DNA of 64,000 nucleotides from Bacillus subtilis subsp. subtilis str. 168. GTDB taxonomy: Bacteria; Bacillota; Bacilli; Bacillales; Bacillaceae. Location: the NCBI RefSeq assembly GCF_000009045.1, contig NC_000964.3:1178001-1242000 (forward strand), read 5' to 3'. A program made the position numbers and the translations under genes. Below the pieces are notes generated by a model. The model saw nothing but the letters and a program-made list of their open reading frames with translations, was not told the DNA's origin and did no database searches. Below, in pieces: positions 43,594 through 53,082 of this stretch. Within the stretch, counting starts at the first letter, position 1. Each line of letters opens with the position of its first letter.

Positions 43594-44529
43594 TTGCTAA
43601 AATATATCGGAAGACGCTTAGTCTATATGATTATCACACTATTTGTGATTGTAACTGTGACATTCTTCTTAATGCAAGCAGCACCGGGCGGGCCATTTTC
43701 AGGTGAGAAAAAGCTTCCGCCTGAAATTGAAGCAAATTTAAATGCGCATTATGGCTTGGACAAGCCGCTGTTTGTACAATATGTCAGTTATTTGAAATCA
43801 GTTGCAATGTGGGATTTCGGACCGTCATTTAAATATAAAGGTCAGAGTGTTAACGACCTGATCAGTTCAGGTTTCCCCGTTTCATTTACTCTTGGAGCAG
43901 AAGCTATTCTCCTCGCTTTAGCGTTAGGTGTATTGTTTGGGGTCATTGCAGCCCTTTACCATAATAAGTGGCAGGATTATACCGTCGCGATTTTAACGAT
44001 ATTTGGTATTTCGGTTCCGAGCTTTATCATGGCGGCTGTTCTGCAATATGTGTTCTCCATGAAGCTTGGGCTGTTTCCGGTCGCGGGGTGGGATTCCTGG
44101 GCATACACCTTTTTGCCTTCCATCGCACTTGCTTCCATGCCGATGGCGTTTATTGCCAGACTTTCCCGTTCAAGCATGATCGAAGTGTTAAACAGTGATT
44201 ATATCCGCACAGCGAAAGCGAAAGGGCTTTCCCGCCCAGCGGTTACAGTGCGGCACGCCATTCGAAACGCACTTTTGCCGGTTGTTACATATATGGGCCC
44301 GATGGCCGCACAGGTCTTAACGGGGAGCTTCATTATTGAAACCATTTTTGGGATTCCGGGGCTTGGTGCACACTTCGTCAACAGTATTACAAACCGTGAT
44401 TATACGGTCATTATGGGTGTAACGGTGTTCTTCAGTGTCATCTTGCTATTGTGTGTATTAATCGTAGATGTGTTATACGGCATTATTGATCCAAGAATCA
44501 AGCTTTCCAAAGCAAAGAAAGGAGCCTAG
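43594..44529 (+). CDS. oppB: Oligopeptide ABC permease OppB
   Basis: 311 aa, TTG start after GGAGG; [10 protein letters not shown]. Confidence 0.96.
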
Positions 44530-44532
44530 GCC

Positions 44533-45450
44533 ATGCAGAACATTCCAAAAAACATGTTTGAACCAGCCGCAGCGAATGCCGGCGATGCAGAAAAAATAAG
44601 TAAAAAGAGCCTTTCCCTCTGGAAAGATGCGATGCTTCGCTTCCGCAGCAATAAGCTTGCAATGGTCGGGCTTATCATTATCGTACTTATTATCCTTATG
44701 GCAATTTTTGCGCCGATGTTCTCAAGGTATGATTATTCAACTACTAATCTCTTAAATGCGGATAAGCCGCCTTCAAAAGATCACTGGTTCGGAACAGATG
44801 ATCTTGGACGGGACATTTTCGTCCGTACATGGGTAGGGGCGCGAATCTCAATCTTTATCGGTGTTGCAGCTGCTGTTCTCGATTTGCTGATCGGCGTCAT
44901 TTGGGGGAGCATTTCAGGCTTCCGCGGAGGAAGAACAGATGAAATCATGATGCGTATCGCTGATATCCTTTGGGCAGTTCCTTCATTATTAATGGTTATC
45001 TTACTGATGGTTGTTCTTCCGAAAGGTCTATTTACGATTATTATTGCCATGACGATTACAGGCTGGATTAATATGGCCAGAATCGTGCGCGGACAAGTGC
45101 TGCAGCTGAAGAATCAGGAGTATGTGCTTGCTTCACAGACACTGGGTGCAAAAACATCCCGTCTTCTATTTAAACATATCGTGCCAAACGCAATGGGTTC
45201 TATTTTGGTCACGATGACACTGACAGTTCCTACTGCGATTTTTACAGAAGCCTTTTTAAGCTATTTGGGACTTGGTGTTCCGGCTCCGCTGGCAAGCTGG
45301 GGAACGATGGCTTCTGACGGATTGCCTGCATTGACCTATTATCCGTGGCGTTTATTCTTCCCTGCCGGATTTATCTGCATTACAATGTTTGGTTTTAACG
45401 TTGTCGGCGACGGATTAAGAGACGCATTGGATCCTAAGTTACGTAAATAA
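44533..45450 (+). CDS. oppC: Oligopeptide ABC permease OppC
   Basis: 305 aa; GTDDLGRD, EYVLASQTLG. Confidence 0.96.
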   Translation: MQNIPKNMFEPAAANAGDAEKISKKSLSLWKDAMLRFRSNKLAMVGLIIIVLIILMAIFAPMFSRYDYSTTNLLNADKPPSKDHWFGTDDLGRDIFVRTWVGARISIFIGVAAAVLDLLIGVIWGSISGFRGGRTDEIMMRIADILWAVPSLLMVILLMVVLPKGLFTIIIAMTITGWINMARIVRGQVLQLKNQEYVLASQTLGAKTSRLLFKHIVPNAMGSILVTMTLTVPTAIFTEAFLSYLGLGVPAPLASWGTMASDGLPALTYYPWRLFFPAGFICITMFGFNVVGDGLRDALDPKLRK

Positions 45451-45463
45451 GGGAGTGATACGG

Positions 45464-46531
45464 GTGACACGCCTATTAGAAGTAAAAGATTTAGCAATTT
45501 CATTTAAAACATATGGCGGAGAGGTCCAGGCGATCCGCGGAGTGAATTTCCATCTGGATAAAGGGGAGACGCTGGCCATTGTTGGAGAATCAGGTTCCGG
45601 AAAAAGTGTAACCTCTCAAGCGATTATGAAGCTGATTCCAATGCCTCCGGGTTATTTCAAACGCGGTGAGATCCTGTTTGAAGGAAAGGATCTGGTGCCG
45701 CTGTCCGAAAAAGAAATGCAAAATGTCCGGGGAAAAGAGATCGGCATGATATTCCAAGATCCGATGACCTCTTTAAATCCAACGATGAAGGTCGGTAAAC
45801 AAATTACGGAAGTGCTTTTTAAACACGAAAAGATCTCGAAGGAAGCGGCTAAAAAACGCGCGGTTGAACTGCTGGAATTAGTCGGTATCCCAATGCCGGA
45901 AAAGCGGGTGAACCAATTTCCGCATGAATTTTCAGGCGGGATGAGACAGAGGGTTGTCATTGCCATGGCGCTTGCAGCGAATCCGAAACTTCTGATCGCC
46001 GATGAGCCGACAACTGCTCTTGATGTAACGATTCAAGCGCAAATTTTGGAATTAATGAAGGATTTGCAAAAGAAAATTGACACGTCCATCATCTTTATCA
46101 CACACGATCTTGGTGTTGTGGCTAACGTTGCTGACCGGGTCGCTGTCATGTACGCGGGACAGATTGTAGAAACTGGTACGGTAGACGAAATCTTCTACGA
46201 CCCGAGACATCCGTACACTTGGGGGCTTCTTGCATCCATGCCGACACTGGAAAGTTCAGGAGAGGAAGAGCTGACTGCAATTCCGGGCACGCCGCCTGAT
46301 TTGACAAACCCGCCAAAAGGAGATGCTTTTGCCCTGCGGAGCTCTTACGCGATGAAAATCGATTTTGAACAGGAGCCGCCAATGTTTAAGGTATCCGATA
46401 CTCATTATGTAAAATCGTGGCTGCTTCATCCTGACGCGCCAAAGGTAGAGCCGCCTGAAGCGGTAAAAGCGAAAATGCGTAAACTGGCAAACACGTTTGA
46501 AAAACCTGTCTTAGTGAGAGAAGTTGAATGA
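45464..46531 (+). CDS. oppD: Oligopeptide ABC ATP-binding protein OppD
   Basis: GTG 45464 fits SD AAGGGAG (ORF track starts at 45455); [16 protein letters not shown]. Confidence 0.95.
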   Translation: MTRLLEVKDLAISFKTYGGEVQAIRGVNFHLDKGETLAIVGESGSGKSVTSQAIMKLIPMPPGYFKRGEILFEGKDLVPLSEKEMQNVRGKEIGMIFQDPMTSLNPTMKVGKQITEVLFKHEKISKEAAKKRAVELLELVGIPMPEKRVNQFPHEFSGGMRQRVVIAMALAANPKLLIADEPTTALDVTIQAQILELMKDLQKKIDTSIIFITHDLGVVANVADRVAVMYAGQIVETGTVDEIFYDPRHPYTWGLLASMPTLESSGEEELTAIPGTPPDLTNPPKGDAFALRSSYAMKIDFEQEPPMFKVSDTHYVKSWLLHPDAPKVEPPEAVKAKMRKLANTFEKPVLVREVE

Positions 46532-47450
46532 ATTGACTGAAAAACTATTAGAAATCAAACATTTAAAACAGCACTTTGTCACGCCGAGGGGAACGGTTAA
46601 GGCTGTAGATGATTTATCATTTGATATCTATAAAGGTGAAACATTAGGGCTGGTTGGTGAATCTGGCTGCGGTAAATCGACAACAGGCCGAAGCATTATC
46701 AGGCTGTACGAAGCAACCGATGGTGAGGTGCTGTTCAACGGCGAAAATGTGCACGGGAGAAAATCGCGGAAAAAGCTGCTGGAATTCAACCGCAAAATGC
46801 AGATGATTTTCCAAGACCCCTATGCATCCCTGAATCCGAGAATGACAGTTGCTGATATTATTGCTGAAGGCCTTGATATTCATAAGCTGGCAAAAACGAA
46901 AAAAGAGCGGATGCAGCGAGTTCATGAACTATTGGAAACAGTGGGATTGAACAAGGAACACGCGAACCGCTATCCTCATGAATTTTCCGGCGGCCAGCGC
47001 CAAAGAATCGGGATTGCCAGAGCGCTTGCTGTTGATCCGGAATTCATTATCGCGGATGAGCCGATTTCCGCTTTGGATGTATCCATTCAAGCGCAGGTCG
47101 TGAATTTAATGAAAGAACTGCAAAAAGAAAAAGGGCTCACATACCTGTTTATTGCCCACGATTTATCGATGGTCAAATACATCAGTGACCGCATTGGCGT
47201 CATGTATTTCGGGAAACTGGTTGAGCTTGCGCCGGCAGATGAGCTTTATGAAAATCCGCTTCACCCATATACAAAATCATTGCTTTCTGCGATTCCGCTT
47301 CCTGATCCGGACTATGAGAGAAATCGCGTTCGCCAGAAATATGATCCGTCTGTCCATCAATTAAAGGATGGGGAAACGATGGAATTCCGTGAAGTCAAAC
47401 CGGGACATTTTGTGATGTGCACGGAAGCCGAATTTAAAGCTTTTTCATGA
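46524..47450 (+). CDS. oppF: Oligopeptide ABC ATP-binding protein OppF
   Basis: [16 protein letters not shown]; TTG 46533 is an alternative start. Confidence 0.95.
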   Translation: MNELTEKLLEIKHLKQHFVTPRGTVKAVDDLSFDIYKGETLGLVGESGCGKSTTGRSIIRLYEATDGEVLFNGENVHGRKSRKKLLEFNRKMQMIFQDPYASLNPRMTVADIIAEGLDIHKLAKTKKERMQRVHELLETVGLNKEHANRYPHEFSGGQRQRIGIARALAVDPEFIIADEPISALDVSIQAQVVNLMKELQKEKGLTYLFIAHDLSMVKYISDRIGVMYFGKLVELAPADELYENPLHPYTKSLLSAIPLPDPDYERNRVRQKYDPSVHQLKDGETMEFREVKPGHFVMCTEAEFKAFS

Positions 47451-47456
47451 TTCATC

Positions 47457-47490
47457 AATCCTTCAAGAGATTTCTCTTGAAGGATTTTTT
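47457..47490 (+). terminator. opp operon terminator
   Basis: AATCCTTCAAGAG...CTCTTGAAGGATTTTTT. Confidence 0.8.
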
Positions 47491-47553
47491 TGCGTCTTCA
47501 TAGAAAGTGAGAATGATAACATTTACAATTAGAGGAAAAAGCGGAGGCGAAAT

Positions 47554-48774
47554 ACGATTCAATTTCTGCATAACAAAAATGTTTTTGCGCTATTGCTGTC
47601 TCAATCTTTTCAATCTTTAGCAGGAGTCCTCGTCACAATCGTTTTAATGGTCCGGATCTATCAAATGACTGACTCCGTTTTTTTGGCGGGCCTTATTTTA
47701 TCGTTCATGTCGTTTGCGAGTATAGCAGCAAGCTTTTGCGTCTCTCCGGTGCTTCGCATTCTCGGTTTTAAAAAGGTGCTTGCGGGAGCGAATCTGCTGA
47801 GAGCGGTCTTTATTATACTGATGGCATACAGCGTCACTCATCACGGACAGGCATTCTTTTGGATTACGCTGCTGTTTGTGTTTTGTTTTTCCTTCGCGGG
47901 CGCTTTTTTTCAGCCGGCAAGATTTGCGCTGCTGCCGATTATTGTTCCAAAGAAGCAATATGTAAAAGCGAATGGTGTGATCTCCCTCTCGAATCAATTG
48001 TTCTTAACAGCAGGCTGGGGCCTTGGAGGCCTTCTGACGTACGCCGTCCCTTTTGAACTCGTTGTCGGCGCTGCCATTTGCCTGTTTGTTCTATCGGGAG
48101 CTTCCATCAGTGTGCTGCATGTAAATGAAGAAGAGGCTGCAGGAACTGCTGAAACAGCATCTGTCAGAAGTATATGGAAGGATTTAATGATCATCCCTAT
48201 TGTAAGAGACATTACTGTAATGGACATGTTAGAAGCTTTGGCGGGTTCCGTATGGTCATCTGCTATTCTCCTCGCATTTACTGCGGCTGTTTTGCATGAA
48301 ACAGAGGTGTGGTGGGGGATGTTTAACGCTTCCTATTTTATAGGCGCAATTGTCGGCAGTGTGATTGCTATTCGTTTTTCTTCTTTTTTTGAGCGGAATA
48401 TGGGCTATGCCATTATGTTCAGCTCGCTTGTAATGTCGGCGCTGACCCTTTTGTTTTCATTTTCTCCAGTCCCATTTTTATGCGCTCTGGCTTGTGCTGC
48501 AATGGGGCCTTTTTATCAGGTGCGTGATATTTGCCAGGAAACCATGCTGCAGGAAGTTATTCCCGAGCAGAAACGAATCGGAATCATGGCTGCAAAAAAT
48601 GCGATTTTGACTCCTTGGTCAGGCGTCACCTACTCCATTATGGGGCTAGTGGCTGATGCTGCTGGTGCGAAAATAGCTTTTATCGCGGCTGCTGCATTAT
48701 ATATCATGACATTTCTGATTGCACTGGCGCAGCCCCGTCTGGTTCATTACAGGCGAGAAAATCGAGTTCAATGA
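47554..48774 (+). CDS. yjbB: MFS efflux-type transporter; start non-canonical (ACG 47554 or ATT 47557)
   Basis: About 12 TM; frame open back to TAG 47530-32; GGAGG at 47543-47; first canonical start (TTG 47593) has no SD. Confidence 0.8.
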   Translation, partial: TIQFLHNKNVFALLLSQSFQSLAGVLVTIVLMVRIYQMTDSVFLAGLILSFMSFASIAASFCVSPVLRILGFKKVLAGANLLRAVFIILMAYSVTHHGQAFFWITLLFVFCFSFAGAFFQPARFALLPIIVPKKQYVKANGVISLSNQLFLTAGWGLGGLLTYAVPFELVVGAAICLFVLSGASISVLHVNEEEAAGTAETASVRSIWKDLMIIPIVRDITVMDMLEALAGSVWSSAILLAFTAAVLHETEVWWGMFNASYFIGAIVGSVIAIRFSSFFERNMGYAIMFSSLVMSALTLLFSFSPVPFLCALACAAMGPFYQVRDICQETMLQEVIPEQKRIGIMAAKNAILTPWSGVTYSIMGLVADAAGAKIAFIAAAALYIMTFLIALAQPRLVHYRRENRVQ

Positions 48775-48826
48775 GAAACACTTCAAAATGAACGGAGCAG
48801 CTGGCTCCGTTTTGCTGAAAAAAAAA

Positions 48827-48895
48827 TGAAACCATGGCGGAAGTTCGCACGTCTTTATAGATGTAAGGCTGTTTAAACAAGAAGAAATGGGGTAT
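48827..48895 (+). promoter_or_regulatory. ECF (sigW/X/M) and sigma-B promoters of yjbC-spx
   Basis: TGAAAC-N17-CGTC (48827-48853); GTTTAA-N13-GGGTAT (48871-48895). Confidence 0.75.
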
Positions 48896-48937
48896 ATCTA
48901 AAAGTATGAAGACAACGAACTCATAAGGAGCAAATCA

Positions 48938-49516
48938 ATGAACTGGTATGAAAAGCTTAGCGAGTACTTTCCAATTGAAGAAATGAAATCAAAAGCGCAT
49001 ATGGAAGCTCTTCTGAAAGAGCGAAGCGATATTTATCATAAAGATGAAGGCAAACATCATATTTTAATGTTTGCGGAATTCGATTCTTTTATCTTCGTTG
49101 ATTATCTGTATGTGTCTAAGGATGCAAGAGGGCAGGGGCTTGGCGGCAAATTGATCGCGAAGCTGAAAAAGAAAAATAAGCCCATATTGCTCGAGGTGGA
49201 ACCTGTGGATGAAGATGATACTGATACAGAAAAACGCCTGAGGTTTTATCAAAGAGAGCATTTCAAGCATGCTCAGTCAATTGGGTACCGGCGCCGGTCA
49301 TTGGCTACGAATGAAGTAAACAAGATGGAGATTCTGTACTGGTCACCAAAAACAGAATCAGAAGAAGAAATTCTTGAAGCCATGAAACAGACATATGAAA
49401 ACATTCATACTTATAAAGATGAGAAATGGTACGGAGAATCGTACGAAAAAACGGATGAGGTCTTGGAAATCATCGATGAAGAAAAACAAAAAAATATTTT
49501 CGATCAGTTAAGCTAA
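48938..49516 (+). CDS. yjbC: GNAT-like stress protein
   Basis: 192 aa; VDYLYVSKDARGQGLGG, RLRFYQR. Confidence 0.88.
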   Translation: MNWYEKLSEYFPIEEMKSKAHMEALLKERSDIYHKDEGKHHILMFAEFDSFIFVDYLYVSKDARGQGLGGKLIAKLKKKNKPILLEVEPVDEDDTDTEKRLRFYQREHFKHAQSIGYRRRSLATNEVNKMEILYWSPKTESEEEILEAMKQTYENIHTYKDEKWYGESYEKTDEVLEIIDEEKQKNIFDQLS

Positions 49517-49696
49517 TTGAGAATAAGAACATATCATGAACATTAAAAATTTGCTGGATTGACACATTTTTTTCTTAGGATACTGTTCACACTTACTTTT
49601 TTATAGTATAATACCTGTAAAGATTCCTTTTTTAGAGTAATTTCAATTTAAGAATAAAATAGATGTTCATCCTACTAATTAGAGGAGTGAAGATGA

Positions 49697-50092
49697 ATGG
49701 TTACACTATACACATCACCAAGCTGTACTTCATGCAGAAAGGCGAGAGCGTGGCTCGAGGAGCACGAGATTCCATTTGTAGAAAGAAACATTTTCTCTGA
49801 ACCTTTATCAATTGATGAAATAAAACAAATTCTTCGAATGACTGAGGACGGAACAGATGAAATCATCTCAACCCGTTCAAAAGTATTCCAAAAACTGAAT
49901 GTGAACGTTGAATCTATGCCGCTGCAAGATTTGTACCGCTTGATCAACGAGCATCCAGGTTTGCTTCGCCGTCCGATCATCATTGACGAAAAACGTTTGC
50001 AGGTCGGATATAACGAAGACGAAATCAGACGTTTCCTGCCAAGAAAAGTTCGCTCTTTCCAATTAAGAGAAGCACAGCGTTTGGCAAACTAA
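49697..50092 (+). CDS. spxA: Thiol-stress transcriptional regulator Spx
   Basis: 131 aa; CTSC, RRPI, GYNEDEI. Confidence 0.97.
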   Translation: MVTLYTSPSCTSCRKARAWLEEHEIPFVERNIFSEPLSIDEIKQILRMTEDGTDEIISTRSKVFQKLNVNVESMPLQDLYRLINEHPGLLRRPIIIDEKRLQVGYNEDEIRRFLPRKVRSFQLREAQRLAN

Positions 50093-50106
50093 TAGATCGT
50101 ATCATC

Positions 50107-50136
50107 AAAAGAAGGCTGAGTCATCAGCCTTCTTTT
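50107..50136. terminator. Bidirectional terminator spx / yjbE
   Basis: AAAAGAAGGCTGA-GTCA-TCAGCCTTCTTTT. Confidence 0.85.
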
Positions 50137-50791
50137 ATTTTTCAACCTGCTGGTAATAAATGCTCGCAAGGATGACAAACGCAACCGTCAAAATGGGGAG
50201 GAGCGTTTCGACTGTGCCGTGCTGCGCCATAAAAAGCGACAGCTTTTTGTCTCTGACAATCATTTCTCCGCCAGTATAAGCAAGCAGCCCGCTTCCCGCG
50301 TAAATCAGAAGCGGTATTTTCTCTAGTGCAATATGGATGAGTTTGCTGCCCCAAATAATAACCGGAACCGATACACACAATCCTATAACAACGAGAGAAA
50401 ACTCACCGTGTGAAGCTCCCGCAACTGCGATGACGTTGTCCAGCGACATAAAGAGATCTGCAAGCACAATCGTTCGTATCGCTCTCCACAGGGAGGTGCT
50501 GCTTTTAATGTGTTTCGTGTCTTTTTTTTCAATCAGCAGCTGATATCCTAAATACAGCAGGAAAATTCCGCCGGCGCACTGCAAGAACGGAATGTTCAAA
50601 AGATATACTGCTGCACTTGTTAATCCGATTCTCATGGCAACGGCAATAAATGTTCCGAGAATAATGGCTTGCTGTCTTTGCTTGTCCGGCAAATGTCTGC
50701 TGGCCATGGCAATAACAACCGCGTTATCTCCGCCGAGGATCAGGTCAATCCCAACAATGACGAGCAGAGAAATCAGATAGTCATGCTCCAT
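50135..50791 (-). CDS. yjbE: TerC-family membrane protein
   Basis: 218 aa; LGGDNAVVIA, ADLFMSLDNVIA. Confidence 0.92.
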   Translation of the reverse strand: MEHDYLISLLVIVGIDLILGGDNAVVIAMASRHLPDKQRQQAIILGTFIAVAMRIGLTSAAVYLLNIPFLQCAGGIFLLYLGYQLLIEKKDTKHIKSSTSLWRAIRTIVLADLFMSLDNVIAVAGASHGEFSLVVIGLCVSVPVIIWGSKLIHIALEKIPLLIYAGSGLLAYTGGEMIVRDKKLSLFMAQHGTVETLLPILTVAFVILASIYYQQVEK

Positions 50792-51067
50792 GAAGCGGCA
50801 CCTCGCTTTCAGTCCTTCGCTTGTACTACTACTATATGAGACAGGTCATATTTTATGATATCAGCCGCCTGATCTGCCGTTTTTTAGGCAAAGGTGCATT
50901 TTTATTTCTTTTGTGACTGTTTTATCATAAAATAGAAATACAAAGGAATTCACACTGGCCTTGGTTAAGGTTAAGATGTGGACGGAATGGGTAAAGTGTA
51001 GTAAAGTACAATTAATCGGGAGCTTAGATGTCCCTTCAACATCTTATATAGAAGGGAAGGTTGGCAA

Positions 51068-51724
51068 ATGGAAATTGAAAGAATTAACGAGCATACAGTA
51101 AAATTTTATATGTCTTACGGAGATATTGAAGATCGCGGTTTTGACAGAGAAGAAATTTGGTATAACCGTGAGCGCAGTGAAGAACTTTTCTGGGAAGTCA
51201 TGGATGAAGTTCATGAAGAAGAGGAATTCGCTGTGGAAGGCCCACTTTGGATTCAAGTTCAGGCACTGGACAAAGGATTAGAAATCATCGTCACAAAAGC
51301 CCAGCTTTCCAAAGACGGACAAAAGCTCGAACTGCCGATTCCTGAGGATAAAAAGCAAGAACCAGCATCTGAGGATCTTGACGCCTTGCTGGATGATTTC
51401 CAGAAAGAAGAGCAAGCCGTCAATCAGGAAGAGAAGGAGCAAAAGCTTCAATTTGTCTTGCGATTTGGCGATTTTGAGGATGTTATTTCTCTATCTAAAT
51501 TGAACGTTAACGGAAGCAAAACGACTTTATATTCGTTTGAGAACCGATATTATTTATATGTAGATTTTTGCAATATGACTGATGAAGAGGTTGAAAATCA
51601 GCTAAGCATCCTGCTGGAGTACGCAACTGAATCCTCAATCAGCATACACCGTCTTGAAGAGTACGGCAAGCTGATTATTTCAGAGCATGCTCTAGAAACG
51701 ATAAAAAAACACTTTGCATCATAG
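51068..51724 (+). CDS. mecA: ClpC adaptor MecA
   Basis: 218 aa; MEIERINEHTVKFY, EGPLWIQV, EYGKLII. Confidence 0.97.
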   Translation: MEIERINEHTVKFYMSYGDIEDRGFDREEIWYNRERSEELFWEVMDEVHEEEEFAVEGPLWIQVQALDKGLEIIVTKAQLSKDGQKLELPIPEDKKQEPASEDLDALLDDFQKEEQAVNQEEKEQKLQFVLRFGDFEDVISLSKLNVNGSKTTLYSFENRYYLYVDFCNMTDEEVENQLSILLEYATESSISIHRLEEYGKLIISEHALETIKKHFAS

Positions 51725-51725
51725 C

Positions 51726-51758
51726 AAACCGATTTCCTTCCGGAAATCGGTTTTTTTT
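51726..51758 (+). terminator. mecA terminator
   Basis: AAACCGATTTCC-TTCC-GGAAATCGGTTTTTTTT. Confidence 0.85.
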
Positions 51759-51884
51759 ATGCACGAAAATGCCATTTTAGAGATGTGAAAAATCAAAAAC
51801 ATATAGACAAGCAGAAAATACAGCGAACAGGAGTTGATCATCTTTTCCAGAAAGTATACTTCATCTGGAAAGGAGAGATGACAA

Positions 51885-53036
51885 TTGTTTAGTGCTGTGA
51901 CTGAAGACGGCCAAATGTTTCACCTTCTAGGCGCTCAGCAAAACCAGAAATTAAAGCGGAGACGGTTCTTCTGTCCGGTATGCGGGGGAGAGCTAGCTGT
52001 GAAGCTCGGACTTCAAAAAGCGCCGCATTTTGCCCATAAACAGAACAAGTCCTGCGCCATAGACATCGAGCCGGAAAGCGCCTACCACTTAGAAGGAAAA
52101 AGACAGCTGTATGTATGGCTGAAAACGCAACGGGCTTCACCAATATTGGAGCCGTATATAAGGACAATCAACCAAAGACCGGACGTCATGGCAAGAATCA
52201 AGGAGCATATGCTTGCTGTTGAATATCAATGCGCCACTATCGCTCCAGATGTCTTTCAAAAGCGGACAGAGGGCTTCAAACAAGAAGGAATCATCCCGCA
52301 GTGGATTATGGGATACAGCCGCTTAAAACGGACTGCTTCGTCCTTTTATCAGCTTTCAACTTTTCATTGGCAGTTTATCAATGCAAGTCCATACAGAGAA
52401 CTGATATGTTATTGTCCTGAAAGGCGTTCTTTTCTCCGGCTCAGCCACATCATTCCATTCTACACAAACCATTCTTATTCCTCAGTCCAAACGATCCCTA
52501 TCCATCGGGCAGGTGCAGGCGATCTTTTTTTCACTGAACCGAAACCCTCAATTCAATATTCAGGCTGGACGAAAGCGATTCACCGTTTTCGCCATAAACC
52601 CCATCGGTTTAACTCAAAGGAAACAAATCGCCTTAGGCTGCTGTTTTATGAGAAACGACAGACGCCTTTTTCTTTTCTGCCGACTGAAGTGTTTGTTCCT
52701 GTTAGAAAAGGGGCAGTTTTTAAGAGTCCGGTTTTTGTGTGGCAGGGGTTTCTTTATTTGTTTATGACGGATCTTGGAGGTAAACGTGCGCCAATTCGTT
52801 TTTCAGCCGTTTTGCAGCAGTGCAAACTGCACATTCATAATAAGAACATTGCACTCAGGTCCGAATGCAGCGAAGAGTGTCTTTCAGAAGCGGTTAAACA
52901 GTATATTGATTTTTTGTGCAAGAAGGGATTTTTAAGGGAGACTCAGAAAGAAGTATATGTGCTGAATCAGCCTGCAGGAGGCATACACTCCATGCAGGAT
53001 CTCATAGAAAGAGACCGCAGCTGTTTTATAGAATGA
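51885..53036 (+). CDS. coiA: Competence protein CoiA
   Basis: 383 aa, TTG 9 nt after AAAGGAG; CPVCG, PHFAH, ESAYH, QRPD..AVEYQC nuclease-like motif; single AAAA-N5-TTTT at 51766-78. Confidence 0.9.
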   Translation: MFSAVTEDGQMFHLLGAQQNQKLKRRRFFCPVCGGELAVKLGLQKAPHFAHKQNKSCAIDIEPESAYHLEGKRQLYVWLKTQRASPILEPYIRTINQRPDVMARIKEHMLAVEYQCATIAPDVFQKRTEGFKQEGIIPQWIMGYSRLKRTASSFYQLSTFHWQFINASPYRELICYCPERRSFLRLSHIIPFYTNHSYSSVQTIPIHRAGAGDLFFTEPKPSIQYSGWTKAIHRFRHKPHRFNSKETNRLRLLFYEKRQTPFSFLPTEVFVPVRKGAVFKSPVFVWQGFLYLFMTDLGGKRAPIRFSAVLQQCKLHIHNKNIALRSECSEECLSEAVKQYIDFLCKKGFLRETQKEVYVLNQPAGGIHSMQDLIERDRSCFIE

Positions 53037-53082
53037 GTTTGTCTTATTTGGCTCACCCTAAGACAAAGGTGGTGGGCAGGCT

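Noticed and set aside
51878-51892. Mini-ORF ATG ACA ATT GTT TAG overlapping the coiA start as a regulatory uORF
   Set aside because: Only 2 nt from the SD; TTG 51885 has the proper 9-nt spacing
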